From Lingula anatina (taxonomy: Eukaryota > Animalia > Brachiopoda), in assembly GCA_051362555.1 (NCBI GenBank), contig JBPQGU010000016.1:3038001-3102000 (forward strand): DNA of 64,000 bases, in the 5' to 3' direction. This document shows, one piece after another, positions 23,837 to 38,803 of the stretch (position 1 is its first letter; each line of letters opens with the position of its first letter). Position numbers and translations under genes: made by a program. The notes below the pieces were generated by a model. That model was not told the DNA's origin, did no database searches, and was given only the letters and a program-made list of their open reading frames with translations.

Positions 23837-24901
23837 ATGAATAATTATTTTAAAGAATTAAAAGATGAAATTAAAACAGCTTCTTTATTACAAAAAGGAT
23901 TATTAGTTTTAGGTGTTGTAGCTATTGGTACAACAACTGCTATGATTGGTGTTGTAACAGTAAATAATTCTGAAAAATCAAAAACAGAAAAAGAAGATTC
24001 AATATCATCTTTAGAAGAATCAAAAACTTCAAAAAAAGAAACAGCAAAAAATATAGAAGAAGCTGCTTCTAAAGTTGGACCAGCAGGACCAAGAGGTGAA
24101 ACTGGACCACAAGGACCACAAGGTGAACCAGGACCGCAAGGACCTAAAGGTGACACAGGTGATAGAGGACCAGTAGGACCAAGAGGGTTAACAGGACTAG
24201 CAGGTGCTCCAGGTGCTAAAGGTGACACAGGTGAAAGAGGACCACAAGGTGAACCAGGACCAAGAGGTGAAAGAGGTGAACCAGGACAAAGAGGAGAAAG
24301 AGGTTTACCAGGACCACAAGGACCAGCAGGACAAAATGGTGCTCCAGGTGCTAAAGGTGACACAGGTGATAGAGGACCAGTAGGACCACAAGGACCAGCA
24401 GGACAAAATGGTGCTCCAGGTGCTAAAGGTGACACAGGTGATAGAGGACCAGTAGGACCACAAGGACCAGCAGGACCAGCTCCAACTGCACAACAAATAG
24501 GAGCGGCAGTTCAAACATACTTTACAAATAATCCAGTAAATGATGGTGCAAATGCTACACCTGAACAAATAGCAGCAGCAGTTCAAGCATACTTTACAGC
24601 TAATCCATTAACAAGAGGACCAGCAGGTGAAAAAGGTGAAAAAGGTGATCCAGGTGAACAAGGACCACCAGGTGCTGATGCAACTTTAACAACTGAACAA
24701 ATAGAAGGATTAAATAATATTCAAACATTAATAGCAGATATTAATCAAGTAAGAGGATTTTCAAATGTCAATCAAGTAGAAATTGGTCGATTAAGAGATG
24801 ATCTAAATGTTGTTACACAAAATCTTCGTACATTAACAACAAATGTTGATCAAATAAGACAATCTTTGGCTCAAATAATAGCTTCTTTACCTTCTTCTTA
24901 G
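23837..24901 (+). CDS. collagen-like surface protein 1 (~45 Gly-X-Y triplets, coiled-coil head)
   Basis: N-terminal TM anchor, Gly-X-Y tract and C-terminal heptad-like segment. AGGGG RBS. Confidence 0.93.
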   Translation: MNNYFKELKDEIKTASLLQKGLLVLGVVAIGTTTAMIGVVTVNNSEKSKTEKEDSISSLEESKTSKKETAKNIEEAASKVGPAGPRGETGPQGPQGEPGPQGPKGDTGDRGPVGPRGLTGLAGAPGAKGDTGERGPQGEPGPRGERGEPGQRGERGLPGPQGPAGQNGAPGAKGDTGDRGPVGPQGPAGQNGAPGAKGDTGDRGPVGPQGPAGPAPTAQQIGAAVQTYFTNNPVNDGANATPEQIAAAVQAYFTANPLTRGPAGEKGEKGDPGEQGPPGADATLTTEQIEGLNNIQTLIADINQVRGFSNVNQVEIGRLRDDLNVVTQNLRTLTTNVDQIRQSLAQIIASLPSS

Positions 24902-24944
24902 AATTGGTATTTAATTTTTTTAATTAATGATTGATTATAAAAAA

Positions 24945-24977
24945 AACAAACCTAAGTAATTTTTACTTAGGTTTGTT
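24945..24977 (+). terminator. intrinsic terminator-like hairpin
   Basis: aacaaacctaagtaa/ttacttaggtttgtt perfect stem after collagen gene 1. Confidence 0.75.
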
Positions 24978-25413
24978 ATTTAAAAATATTAACGTTATAT
25001 TTAAAAATAATATTGTTTTTTTATATATTTAAAGTATATTTAATTATTTAATTTATAAGTTTATTTATATATAATAGAATAAATTAATAAGATATTTTTA
25101 TTATTTTTATGTTTAATAAATAGAAATTTTTTATTTATTTTAATATATTTTAAGAATTTAATTAAAATATTTGTTAGAATAAATAATTTAATTTTAGTTG
25201 TTTTTTATAATTTAAATAAAGATAAATTTAAAAAATTTATTAAATATTTAAAAAAGTATAATTTATAAATTTAATGTTTGTTCATATATAATTTTTTTAA
25301 AAAAATATATGTAGAAAATATAATTAATAAAGTTAAAAAATATTTATTAAGATATATTGTTATATATAAATAAGATTATTTAAAAAAATATAAAAGAAAA
25401 AAATCTATTTATA

Positions 25414-25455
<42 letters not shown>
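25414..25455 (+). repeat. (AAT)14 microsatellite
   Basis: Perfect run, lying in a segment absent from copy B. Confidence 0.9.
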
Positions 25456-25460
<5 letters not shown>

Positions 25461-26542
25461 TTTAAAATTATTACTATTTAATTAAAAAATATTAAAAAAT
25501 TAAAATTTAGAAATAATAAATTATAGCAAATATAATATTATTTATTTTATATATTGAATATATATACATTTTATTATTCATTTTATAAAAAAATCTATAA
25601 AATGAAAAAAATATAAAAATGTAATTTAAAAATAATTTTTTATTATAATTACAATTTCAATGATTTTATATTTATCATTATTAATTAATAATTATAAAAA
25701 ATCAGAAAAATTAGAAAAAATTTCTAAAATTTATAATTTTAAAACTAAACATAAAATAAAAAATAAACAAAAATTTAAAAAAGCATTAGATTAAAAACAA
25801 ACTATAATAATAAAACCAGATATGTCAAGTTTAACAACAAAAATTCCAAACCAGTTTTAGATATTTCACAAAAAATAAAAGAATAAGAATAAAAAAAGAT
25901 AATTTGATATTTTATTTAAATCATATGGATAATAAAAAAAAGATCTATAAAATTCAAAACAAGTATAAATTGATAATTTAATTTTAAAAACCAAAAGATC
26001 AATACCTAATTTTGATAGTTTAAGTCAAACAAAAGAACAAAATCCATCAAAAAGAAAATAAAAATCATAACAAAAAACCAGAACAGAAAAAAACAGGACA
26101 AGTTCTAATATAATAGAAAATTAAAAAAAAAAAAAAAAAGAACAAGAATTATTATTAATTATTGAAACAATTTCATTAATATATTCATTTGATGTATATT
26201 TACTATCTGTTTTAAAAAATAAATATTTAACAGAAGAATTTATAGAGTAATTTCAAAATAATGTAAATATTGAATTATTTTTTAGATTAGCAATAATTAT
26301 AAGAAATGATGAAGACTATAAATTATATTAATATAAAAAGTTAAGATTAATAAAAGTTAAAAATTTATATGTTTGAGAATTTATAATGTCAGTTATTAAT
26401 TTTGATAATGATTAATAATTTTAAAATTTAAAAAATTAGATTTTTTTATTTTTTGATATTTTAATTATAAATAAATGAATAAAAAATAAAAAAAAATGAA
26501 TAATAAAAAAATAAATATAAAATTATAAAAAAGGGGAATGAA

Positions 26543-27784
26543 ATGAATAATTATTTTAAAGAATTAAAAGATGAAATTAAAACAGCATCTTTATTACAAA
26601 AAGGATTATTAGTTTTAGGTGTTGTAGCTATTGGTACAACAACTGCTATGATTGGTGTTGTATCAGAAAATAGTTCTGAAAAATCAAAAACAGAAAAAGA
26701 AGAATCAATATCATCTTTAGAAGAATCAAAAACTTCAACAAAACAAACAGTAAAAAATATAGAAGAAGCTGCTTCTAAAGTTGGACCACAAGGACCTAAA
26801 GGTGAAAAAGGTGAAAAAGGTGATACTGGAGATACTGGACCAGAAGGACCACCTGGACCACCTGGACCAAGAGGTGCAACAGGACCTAAAGGTGACACAG
26901 GTGAAAGAGGACCACAAGGTGAACCAGGACCAAGAGGACCTAAAGGTGAAGATGGTACACCAGGTACACCAGGTACACAAGGAGAAAGAGGTGCAACAGG
27001 ACCAGCAGGACCAACAGGTGCTCCAGGTGCTAAAGGTGACACAGGTGAAAGAGGACCACAAGGTGAACCAGGACCAAGAGGTGAAAGAGGTGAACCAGGA
27101 CAAAGAGGTGAAAGAGGTGAACCAGGACAAAGAGGAGAAAGAGGTTTACCAGGACCACAAGGACCAGCAGGACAAAATGGTGCTCCAGGTGCTAAAGGTG
27201 ACACAGGTGATAGAGGACCAGTAGGACCACAAGGACCTAAAGGTGAAACAGGTGAAAGAGGACAACAAGGACCAAGAGGGTTAACAGGAATAGCAGGTGC
27301 TCCAGGTGCTAAAGGTGACACAGGTGAAAGAGGACCAGCTGGACCATCTCCAACTGCTGAACAAATAGCATCAGCAGTTCAAGCATACTTTATACAACAC
27401 CCAATAACTAATGGTGCTAATGTTACACCTGAACAAATAGCAGCAGCAGTTCAAGCATACTTTACAGCTAATCCATTAACAAGAGGACCAGCAGGTGAAA
27501 AAGGTGAAAAAGGTGATCCAGGTGAACAAGGACCACAAGGTGAAAGAGGACCAGCAGGACCAGCCGGAACATTAACAGCTGCACAAACAACAGCTTTAGA
27601 TGATACTGTTCCAAGATTATGAACAGGTTTTACTCAAGTAAGAACAACATTAAATGGACATCAATCAGAAATTGTCGGATTAACATCTCGACTAGAAGCT
27701 GCTAGAACAGAAATTACTGCATTAAGACAAGCTTATACTCAATTAAGAACAATTGTGGAAGACATAAAAGCTGGACTTATTTAA
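26543..27784 (+). CDS. collagen-like surface protein 2 (~63 triplets, different coiled-coil head)
   Basis: Same N-terminus as gene 1. Reads through TGA at 27620 to TAA at 27782-27784. Confidence 0.93.
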
Positions 27785-29170
27785 TTAATGATTGATTATA
27801 AAAATAATAAAGTAAAATTTAAAAATAATATTGTTTTTTTATATATTTAAAGTATATTTAATTATTTAATTTATAATTTAAAAAAGTTTATTTATATATA
27901 ATAGGATAAATTAATAAGATATTTTTTTATTTATTTTAAGATATTTTAAGAATTTAATTAAAATATTTTTTACAATAAATAATTTATTTTTAGGTATTTT
28001 TTATCATTTAAATAAATATAAATTTAAAAAATTTATTAAATATTTAAAAAAGTATAATTTATAAATTTAATTTTTTTTTAGATATAAGTGTTTTACAAAA
28101 ATATATGTAGAAAATATAATTAATAAAGTTAAAAAATATTTATTAGATATATTGGTATATATAAATAAGATTATTTTTATTTTATTATTCATTTTATAAA
28201 ACAATCTATAAAATGAAAAAAATATAAAAATGTAATTTAAAAATAATTTTTTATAAAAATATTAAAAAAGTACTTGAAAAAAAGTTTTTTATTATAATTA
28301 TAATTTTAATAATTGTATATTTATAATTATTATTTAATAATGATAAAAAAAATCAAACAATCAAAATAAATTAAAAAAATTTTATAAATGTATAATTTAC
28401 AAACTAAAAATAAAATAAAAAATAAATAAAAATTTAAAAAAGAATTAGATTAAAAACAAAATATAATAATAAAACCAGATATTTCAATTTTAAAAATTAC
28501 AAATACAAAACCAGTTTTAGATAGTTTGCAAAAAATAGAAGAATAAGAATACAAATAAGGATAATCTGATATTTTATTTAAACCATATAGATAATAACAA
28601 TAAGATCAAAAAAATTTAAAAAAAGGATAAATTGATATTTTAATTTCAAAAGCCAAAAATTCAATATCTAATTTAGATAGTTCAATCCAAAAAAAATAAC
28701 AAGATCCAATTACAAAGATAATAAAAATCAGAATAAACACCAGGAATAGAAAAAAGGATAAGTTCCAATATAATTGATAATTACAAAAAAAAAAAAAAAA
28801 AAGATCAAAAATTAGTATTAATTATTGAAAAAATTTATTACTATATTTATGTGATTTACATGTAATATCTGGTGTAAAAACTAAATATTTAAAATAAGAA
28901 GTTATAGAATAATTTCAAAATAATGTAAATATTTAATTATTTTTTAGATTAACAATAATTATAAGAAATGATGAAGATTATAATTATATTAATATAAAAA
29001 GTTAAGATTAATAAAAGTTAAAAATTTATATGTTGGAGAATTTATAATGTCAGGTATTAATTTTGATATTATGATTAATAATTTTAAAATTTAAAAAATT
29101 ACATTTTTTTATTTTTTGATATTTTAATTATAAATAAATGAATAAAAAATAAAAAAAAATTAATAATAAA
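27782..29170 (+). repeat. duplicated intergenic unit, copy B
   Basis: Collinear with 24921-26542. Confidence 0.9.
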
Positions 29171-29223
29171 AAAATAAAATAAAAATAGTTTATTTTATTG
29201 AAAAAAAGAAAGGAAAAAGAGAA

Positions 29224-32200
29224 ATGAATAATTATTTTAAAGAATTAAAAGATGAAATTAAAACAGCTTCTTTACTACAAAAAGGATTGTTAGTTTTAGG
29301 TGTTGTTGCTATTGGTACAACAGCTGCTATGATTGGTGTTGTATCAGTAAATAATTCTGAAAAATCAAAAACAGAAAAAGAAGAATCAATATCATCTTTA
29401 GAAGAGTCAAAAACTTCAACAAAAGAAACAGTAAAAAATATAGAAGAAGCTGCTTTTAAAGTTGGACCACAAGGACCACAAGGACCAAGAGGACCACAAG
29501 GACCAAGAGGAGAACAAGGACCAAGAGGACCACAAGGACCAGCAGGACAAAATGGTGCTCCAGGTACTAAAGGTGACACAGGTGATAGAGGACCACAAGG
29601 TGAACCAGGACCAACAGGACCTAAAGGTGATACAGGTGCAAGAGGACCAGCAGGGGTTCCAGGACCTAAAGGTGAACAAGGACAACAAGGTGAAAGAGGA
29701 CTGCAAGGTGAACAAGGCACCCAAGGTTTAAGAGGTGAACAAGGACAACAAGGTGAAAGAGGTGAACAAGGACCTGTAGGACCACAAGGTGCACAAGGAC
29801 AAAGAGGAGAACAAGGACCAGCAGGTGTTCCAGGACCTAAAGGTGACACAGGTGCACAAGGACAAAGAGGAGAACAAGGTTTAAGAGGACCAGCAGGTGT
29901 TCCAGGTTCTAAAGGTGACACAGGTGCAAGAGGACCACAAGGTGAACCAGGACCGCAAGGCGAACAAGGACAACAAGGTGAAAGAGGTGAACAAGGACCA
30001 GCAGGTGTTCCAGGACCTAAAGGTGACACAGGTGCACAAGGACAAAGAGGAGAACAAGGTTTAAGAGGACCAGCAGGTGTTCCAGGTTCTAAAGGTGACA
30101 CAGGTGCAAGAGGACCACAAGGTGAAAGAGGTGAACAAGGACCAGCAGGACAACAAGGTGAACAAGGACAACAAGGTGAAAGAGGAGAACAAGGACCAGT
30201 AGGACCACAAGGACCAAGAGGTGAAACTGGACCACAAGGAACACAAGGTGAACAAGGACAACAAGGTGAAAGAGGAGAACAAGGACCAGCAGGTGTTCCA
30301 GGACCTAAAGGTGACACAGGTGCACAAGGACAAAGAGGAGAACAAGGTTTAAGAGGACCAGCAGGTGTTCCAGGTTCTAAAGGTGACACAGGTGCAAGAG
30401 GACCACAAGGTGAACCAGGACCGCAAGGCGAACAAGGACAACAAGGTGAAAGAGGACAACAAGGTGAAAGAGGACAACAAGGTGAAAGAGGACAACAAGG
30501 TGAAAGAGGACAACAAGGTGAACAAGGACAACAAGGTGAAAGAGGAGAACAAGGACCAGCAGGTGTTCCAGGACCTAAAGGTGACACAGGTGAACAAGGA
30601 CAAAGAGGAGAAAGAGGTTTAAGAGGAGAACAAGGACCAGCAGGACAACAAGGTGAAAGAGGTGAACAAGGACCAACAGGACCACAAGGTGAACCAGGAC
30701 CAAGAGGAGAAAGAGGTGAACCAGGACAAAGAGGAGAAAGAGGTGAACCAGGACAAAGAGGAGAAAGAGGTTTACCAGGACCACAAGGTATACAAGGTAT
30801 TCAAGGTTTAAGAGGCGAACAAGGTATTCAAGGTTTAAGAGGTGTACAAGGAGAAAGAGGTGAACCAGGACCAGCAGGACCAGCAGGACCAGCAGGACAA
30901 AATGCATCATTAGAACAAATAAAAGAAGCTATTAAAGAAATAGCAAGTATTAGAACATTTGTAAATACAATTGATACTATTCAAACTATTACAATTAATG
31001 ATACAAATAAAGAAGATTATAAAAAACTTGCTGAATTTGCAAAAGAATTATCAATATATACTAATGCAAATGAAAATGATCCTGTAAAAATTCTTATTAA
31101 TAAATTAATTGAACAAACAACTGGTGTTTTAAATGATGATGAAAAAATAAATCTTAAAAATATACTTAATGTAATTAAAACAGAAATTAATGAAATATTA
31201 CCACAAGGTCAAAAAGGAAATCCTGGTTTAGATGGTAGAAATCCAACAAATGAAGAAATACGATCACAAGTTCAATCTTTTATTGAAGATATATCAAACA
31301 TTAGAGTGTTATTATTTGTTATAAATGATGCATTAGCTGCTAATAGAGAAATTACTATTAATGATTCAAATAAGAACAGATATATACAATTAGCTGAATT
31401 TGTAAAAACACAAACAATATATAATGCTGATAATGCTGATCAAGAATTAAAAACTATAATTGATAATCTTGCTCTTGGTAATGATATTGACTTTCTTTCT
31501 AATAAACAAATTATTCAAACTTTAATTAATTATTTATATAGAAACTTTAATGACATTTTAATTCAAGGTCCAAAAGGAAATCCTGGTTTAGATGGTAGAA
31601 ATCCAACTTCAAGTGAAATACAAGAACAAGTTAAATCTTATATTAATAATATAGTTTCAATAAGAACATTAATTAATAATATTAAATCTAAATTAGATTC
31701 TAATGAAGATATTAATATTGATGATTCAAATAAAAATGAATATATAAGTCTTGCTATATTTGCAAAAGAATTAGAAATATATACTGCATCAGATGCTGAT
31801 GAAAATATAAAAACAATAATTGATACTTTTTTTAGAGGTGAAGATATTGACTTTGTTAATAATAAAGAAGATGTTTTAAAAATCATTGAAGCAGTTGACA
31901 TTAAAATCAATAAAATATTACCAAAAACTAAACCTAAAATATCATATAAAAAATTATTATTTGCATTAATGAAAGGTGGTGATATTTTACCAACAGATGA
32001 TAATGATATAAAAATTAATAAAATGCAACAAAAAATTTCTGCAATTTTTGAATTAATAAAAGACACTTCAAATACAGAAACATACACTACAAATGATGGA
32101 ACAATTATAATAATACCTAGTTGATTTAGTGATGATACTTTTAAAAATAAAACTCGAGCATCAATTCAATCTAAAGTAACAGAATGATTATATAATTCTG

Positions 32201-32433
32201 AAAATAAATATAAAAATCAAGAATTTTTTATAAATGATAAAAAATTATATTCATCATTTACATATTTACAAGGATTATGAGAAAAAAATTATATTTATAA
32301 AAAAATATGATTAAGAGTAAGAAGATTATTAAATGGTACTTTATCAGCTAGTGTTTGGTATGGTGATTATACTTCATATATAAATAGTAGACCAGAAAAT
32401 GAAAGAGCAAACTTTGGTTATCCATTAGAATAA
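29224..32433 (+). CDS. collagen-like surface protein 3 (1069 aa, ~160 triplets, three helical repeats, Trp-rich tip module)
   Basis: Shared N-terminus. Gly-X-Y from 29464 to ~30900. Reads through TGA at 32122 to TAA at 32431-32433. Confidence 0.93.
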
Positions 32434-32746
32434 TAAAAATATAATTTTTAAAAAATAAAAATTATAATTATTTATTTTATAAATTAAAGTATTATATTTT
32501 ATAACAAAATATTATTATTTTTATGTATTTTTAAAATTGGTAAAAGATTTTAAATTATTTTTTGTAAAATTAAAATTTGTTTTATTTTAATCTAATCAAA
32601 CATTTAAAAAAGTAAATTTATTTAAATAAAAACAATTAAATATTTATATATTTTTAATTTAAAAATACTTAAAAAAATAACTATATAAAAAAAAATAAAA
32701 AAAAAATAAAAAAAAATAAAAAAATAAATATAAAATAATAAATGTA

Positions 32747-33937
32747 ATGAATAAATATTTTAAAAAATTAAAATATTATTTTATAAAAGCTTCATTTTTA
32801 AAAAAGATATTATTATTTTTTTGTTTTTTAATAATAATAGGTTTGATATGTACAATTTCTATTGTTTTGTCATTAAATGATTCAGAAAAAGTAAAGAATG
32901 AAATATCTTCACAAAAAGGAAAAATAAAAAATAGAATAATTCAAAATAAAGATCAAGGTTCTAGTGAAAATTCAAAAAGTTTAGATGAAAAAAAAGAAGT
33001 TTCTTTAATTAAAAAAACATTAAGTGCAAGTGAAATAAAAGATAAATTAGGATTACCAAGTTGATATGGAACTCCAAATATAGAATTAAATGAATTGCAA
33101 ACTTGATTAAGTAGTGATAAAAAGAACTTTGATTATGTTGTAAATTCTAGAAATTTGTATAGTTTAACTGATACATGGATTACTTATTTTGATGATGTTG
33201 GTTTAAGAATTAAAAAATCTGGTGAAAATGCTGGTAAATATCAATATGCTAATTATAATTTGTCTGAACAATGAGAATGAAAAGATACTTTTTTTGAATT
33301 ACCATTCTTACCTCAATTTGATGAAATACCTAGTTGATTTTATGGAGGAGAACAATTAACATCTAAAAATGCTTTTGATTGAATTAGTGAAAGTCTTGAT
33401 AATTTTAAATTATTTATTGAAAAAGCAATACAAAAAACAAAGTTAAATAATCATGTAATAGATTATGAAAATGGTAAAGTTATTGTTAGAAAATTCAATT
33501 TTGGTCCTAGAAAAGGTATTTTTGTAGTTGGTTTAAAAACATTAGAAAATGGAATAATTGGATTTGATGAATATACTGAACAAACATTAAGTAGTTTTAT
33601 GTTTGAAAAAATGAAACAAGAATTATTTAATTCATTTGAAAGTCAAAGACAAAACAATATGTTAAGAGGACCAACAGAAGTTTTGTTTGCTCAAATTATT
33701 AAAAAATATAAAGATTTTATATTCGGAATAGAACCTAGAATAGAAAATAAAAAACTTTTTTGACTTGATAATAGAGAATATGAAGTACAAATCTATGAAA
33801 TAAAAATTTCTATTAATAGTCTTGAAAAAATATTAGTAAAAGTTGAAATTGAAAAAACAAGTGGTAAAGCATATATTGTAAGTGATATTTATGTTGGTAT
33901 ATATGAACCAGTATTAATTAGTTTAATTGGTTTATAA
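32747..33937 (+). CDS. membrane-anchored surface protein of the same family, without collagen stalk (396 aa)
   Basis: N-terminus MNKYFKKLK..IKASFLKK.LL is homologous to the collagen leaders. Contains two PSW(Y/F)...W modules. Confidence 0.8.
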
Positions 33938-34639
33938 TAAATTATTTTTTATATTTAAGAAATCAATAGATATTTTTGTAAAAAAATAATATTAAAAAAA
34001 ATACAATGTTAAAAATTAAAAATGAAATGAATAATTATTTTAAATAATTACAAGAGATGACATAAAAATAATTTAATATCTTTTGCTGATTTTGTTTCTT
34101 TTGGTTCTTTGTCTAAGTTTTTAAAATATTTTTTTTATTAAAATTAGTAAATAATATTTTTAAATTTAATAATTAATTTTTAGATAAATTATTATTCATA
34201 ATTCAAATAAAAAAATTAATAAATTTAAAAAAGTTAATAATAAATAAAATTTTAAATAAAAATTGATATTTAAAAACTATAATTGATAAATTTGATAATA
34301 TTAAATATATAGTTTTTTAAAAAAAATAAATATATTTAAATTATAGTTAATAAAGTTAAATAAGAAATTAATAAATTTTTAATATAAAGTAAAACATTTT
34401 AAATATTAAAAAATATAATTATTTATGATTTATTAAAAATATTTAAAATATTTTATTATGATAATTTTTAAAATTTAATTAGATCATATATAAATAGAAA
34501 AACACATTTATTTTATAAAAATAATACAAATAAAAAATAATAGAATTTATTTGTAATAGAAAATATTAAAAAGTACTTTTTAAAAAATTAATATATTTAT
34601 AAAAAAATAAATATAGGTTTTAATTTTAAAAAAAGGTTT

Positions 34640-35900
34640 ATGAAATTAATCATAATTTTGAAGAATTAATTGACAAAATTAAAGCAGTATTTATTTTAGA
34701 AAAAGGATTATTAGTTTTAGGTTTTGTAATTATTTGTAAAACAACTACTATGATTTGTATTGTATAAGTAAATGTTTAAGAAAAATCAAAAACAGAAAAA
34801 GAAGAATCAATATCATCTTTAGAAGAGTCAAAAAATTCAAAAAAAGAAATATTAAAAAATATAGAAGAATCTACTTCTAAAGTTGTCCACAAGGACCTAA
34901 AGGTGAAAAAGAATAATGAATAACTGATTATAAATTATTAGTATATTTTTTAAATTTAGCTAAATAATGAAAAGAAAATACTGTTGATAAAATTAATTTA
35001 ACTTCAACTTTTTTTGAAAAAGATAAATGATAATCTATTACAAAATGAGTTAAAAAAGATACTACTTGATATAATCTTGATGGTAATTCAAAAACAAAAC
35101 TTTAATTGATGATATTGAATAATGAGATTTTGAATTTGATATTACTATTTCTGATCAAAATAAATTAAAATCAATAAAAAAAAGTAAAAGAAAAAATATA
35201 TTTAGATATTACAATATTTAAAGAATTAGTAACTACTAAAGTCAAAGTAAAAGATGTAAACACTAAAGCTTTTAAATATGAATTAATAAATTATTATTAA
35301 TAATTAAAAATTGCTTTAACTTTATATAAAAAATAAAAGAATACTAATTTAACAAATAATTTAAATGTAAATGTTAATTATAAAACTAAATGAAAGTTAA
35401 TTTCAGAATTAGTTAAAAAAGAAACTAAATTTTATACTGGTAAAATTAAAACTTTAATTGATAGTATTAAATCATGAGTTTTTGTTTTTGGTATTAATTT
35501 TGATGTTAAAAAAATAACTTAAAATTTATAGTAACAAAAGCAAAATAAAAAATTAATTTATTATTTCCAGTATTTAAGTTAGAAGAAGTAATAAAATTTT
35601 TAAATATTTACAAATTTGATAAAGATTAAAAATATCTTACTTATATGTATTTTACATTTACATATTCAAGGGTTAATTATAAAAACAAAGAAACATGAAA
35701 ATAAATAGCTTTTTTAGCTAAAAAAGATAATTTTTGATATAGAACTTTTTTAAGTTATTATTTTGATAATGAAGTTATAAAAAAAATATTTTTAAATATT
35801 TAAAGTTTTTAAAATATTGTAAAAAATTAATGAATAATTTAAACTTTAGAATAAACAAAATTTAGAAGACCAATTATTTTTTGAAAATGAAGATAAGTAA
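34640..35900 (+). pseudogene. pseudogene of the collagen-leader family, closest to 36480..38459
   Basis: Retains aaaggattattagttttagg, gaaaaatcaaaaacagaaaaagaagaatcaatatcatctttagaagag, ggacctaaaggtgaaaaa and a W.KKDT.WYN-like block. Many stops. Confidence 0.85.
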
Positions 35901-36016
35901 TTTTAAGATTAATTGTTAGAAAAGTAAATTAAGAATTGGTTAAATTTGATTTTAAAATTTTAATATTTGGTTCAATTACTGAAATAATTTAATTAATTAG
36001 AACTAGAAGTTAAAAT

Positions 36017-38459
<2,443 letters not shown>

Positions 38460-38516
38460 AAAAATTTAAGTTTTTATTAATATTTAAAATTTATTTTTTT
38501 ATATTAGAAAATTAAG

Positions 38517-38560
38517 AAAAAAGTTTAGATGTAAAAATAAATACATCTAAACTTTTTTTA
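38517..38560 (+). terminator. intrinsic terminator; degenerate copy at ~36071-36112
   Basis: aaagtttagatgta/tacatctaaacttt stem followed by a T-run. Confidence 0.8.
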
Positions 38561-38803
38561 TTAGAATTAATTTATTTCATTTAATATTTTATTTAAAAAG
38601 TTAAGTATAAATTTTTTATTTTTAAAGATTTAATTAATTAATTTAAAAAAATATTTATTTAATAAATAAGATTAAATTTATTTTTTTATTTTTTTTGATT
38701 GTTAATATATAGTTTTTTACTGATTAATTTATTTAAAATATTATATTATTTTTAAAAATAAAAAAAATAAAAAAAAATAAAAAAAATAAATTAAAATACA
38801 AAT

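Larger units (their letters stand above)
24921..26542 (+). repeat. duplicated intergenic unit, copy A, containing a decayed gene relic
   Basis: Collinear with 27782-29170 from taattaatgattgattataaaaa to aattataaataaatgaataaaaaataaaa. Confidence 0.9.

Noticed and set aside
29464-30900. Possible CRISPR array or non-coding repeat array in the GC-richer repeats (also the 36-bp repeats at 36729)
   Set aside because: The repeats are in-frame Gly-X-Y coding units without unique spacers, and no cas genes are present.
24077-30900. KGD and GxxGER integrin-binding motifs in the collagen stalks
   Set aside because: These are expected by chance from the charged Gly-X-Y composition. The high-affinity GFPGER/GLPGER motifs were not seen and the host is unknown.
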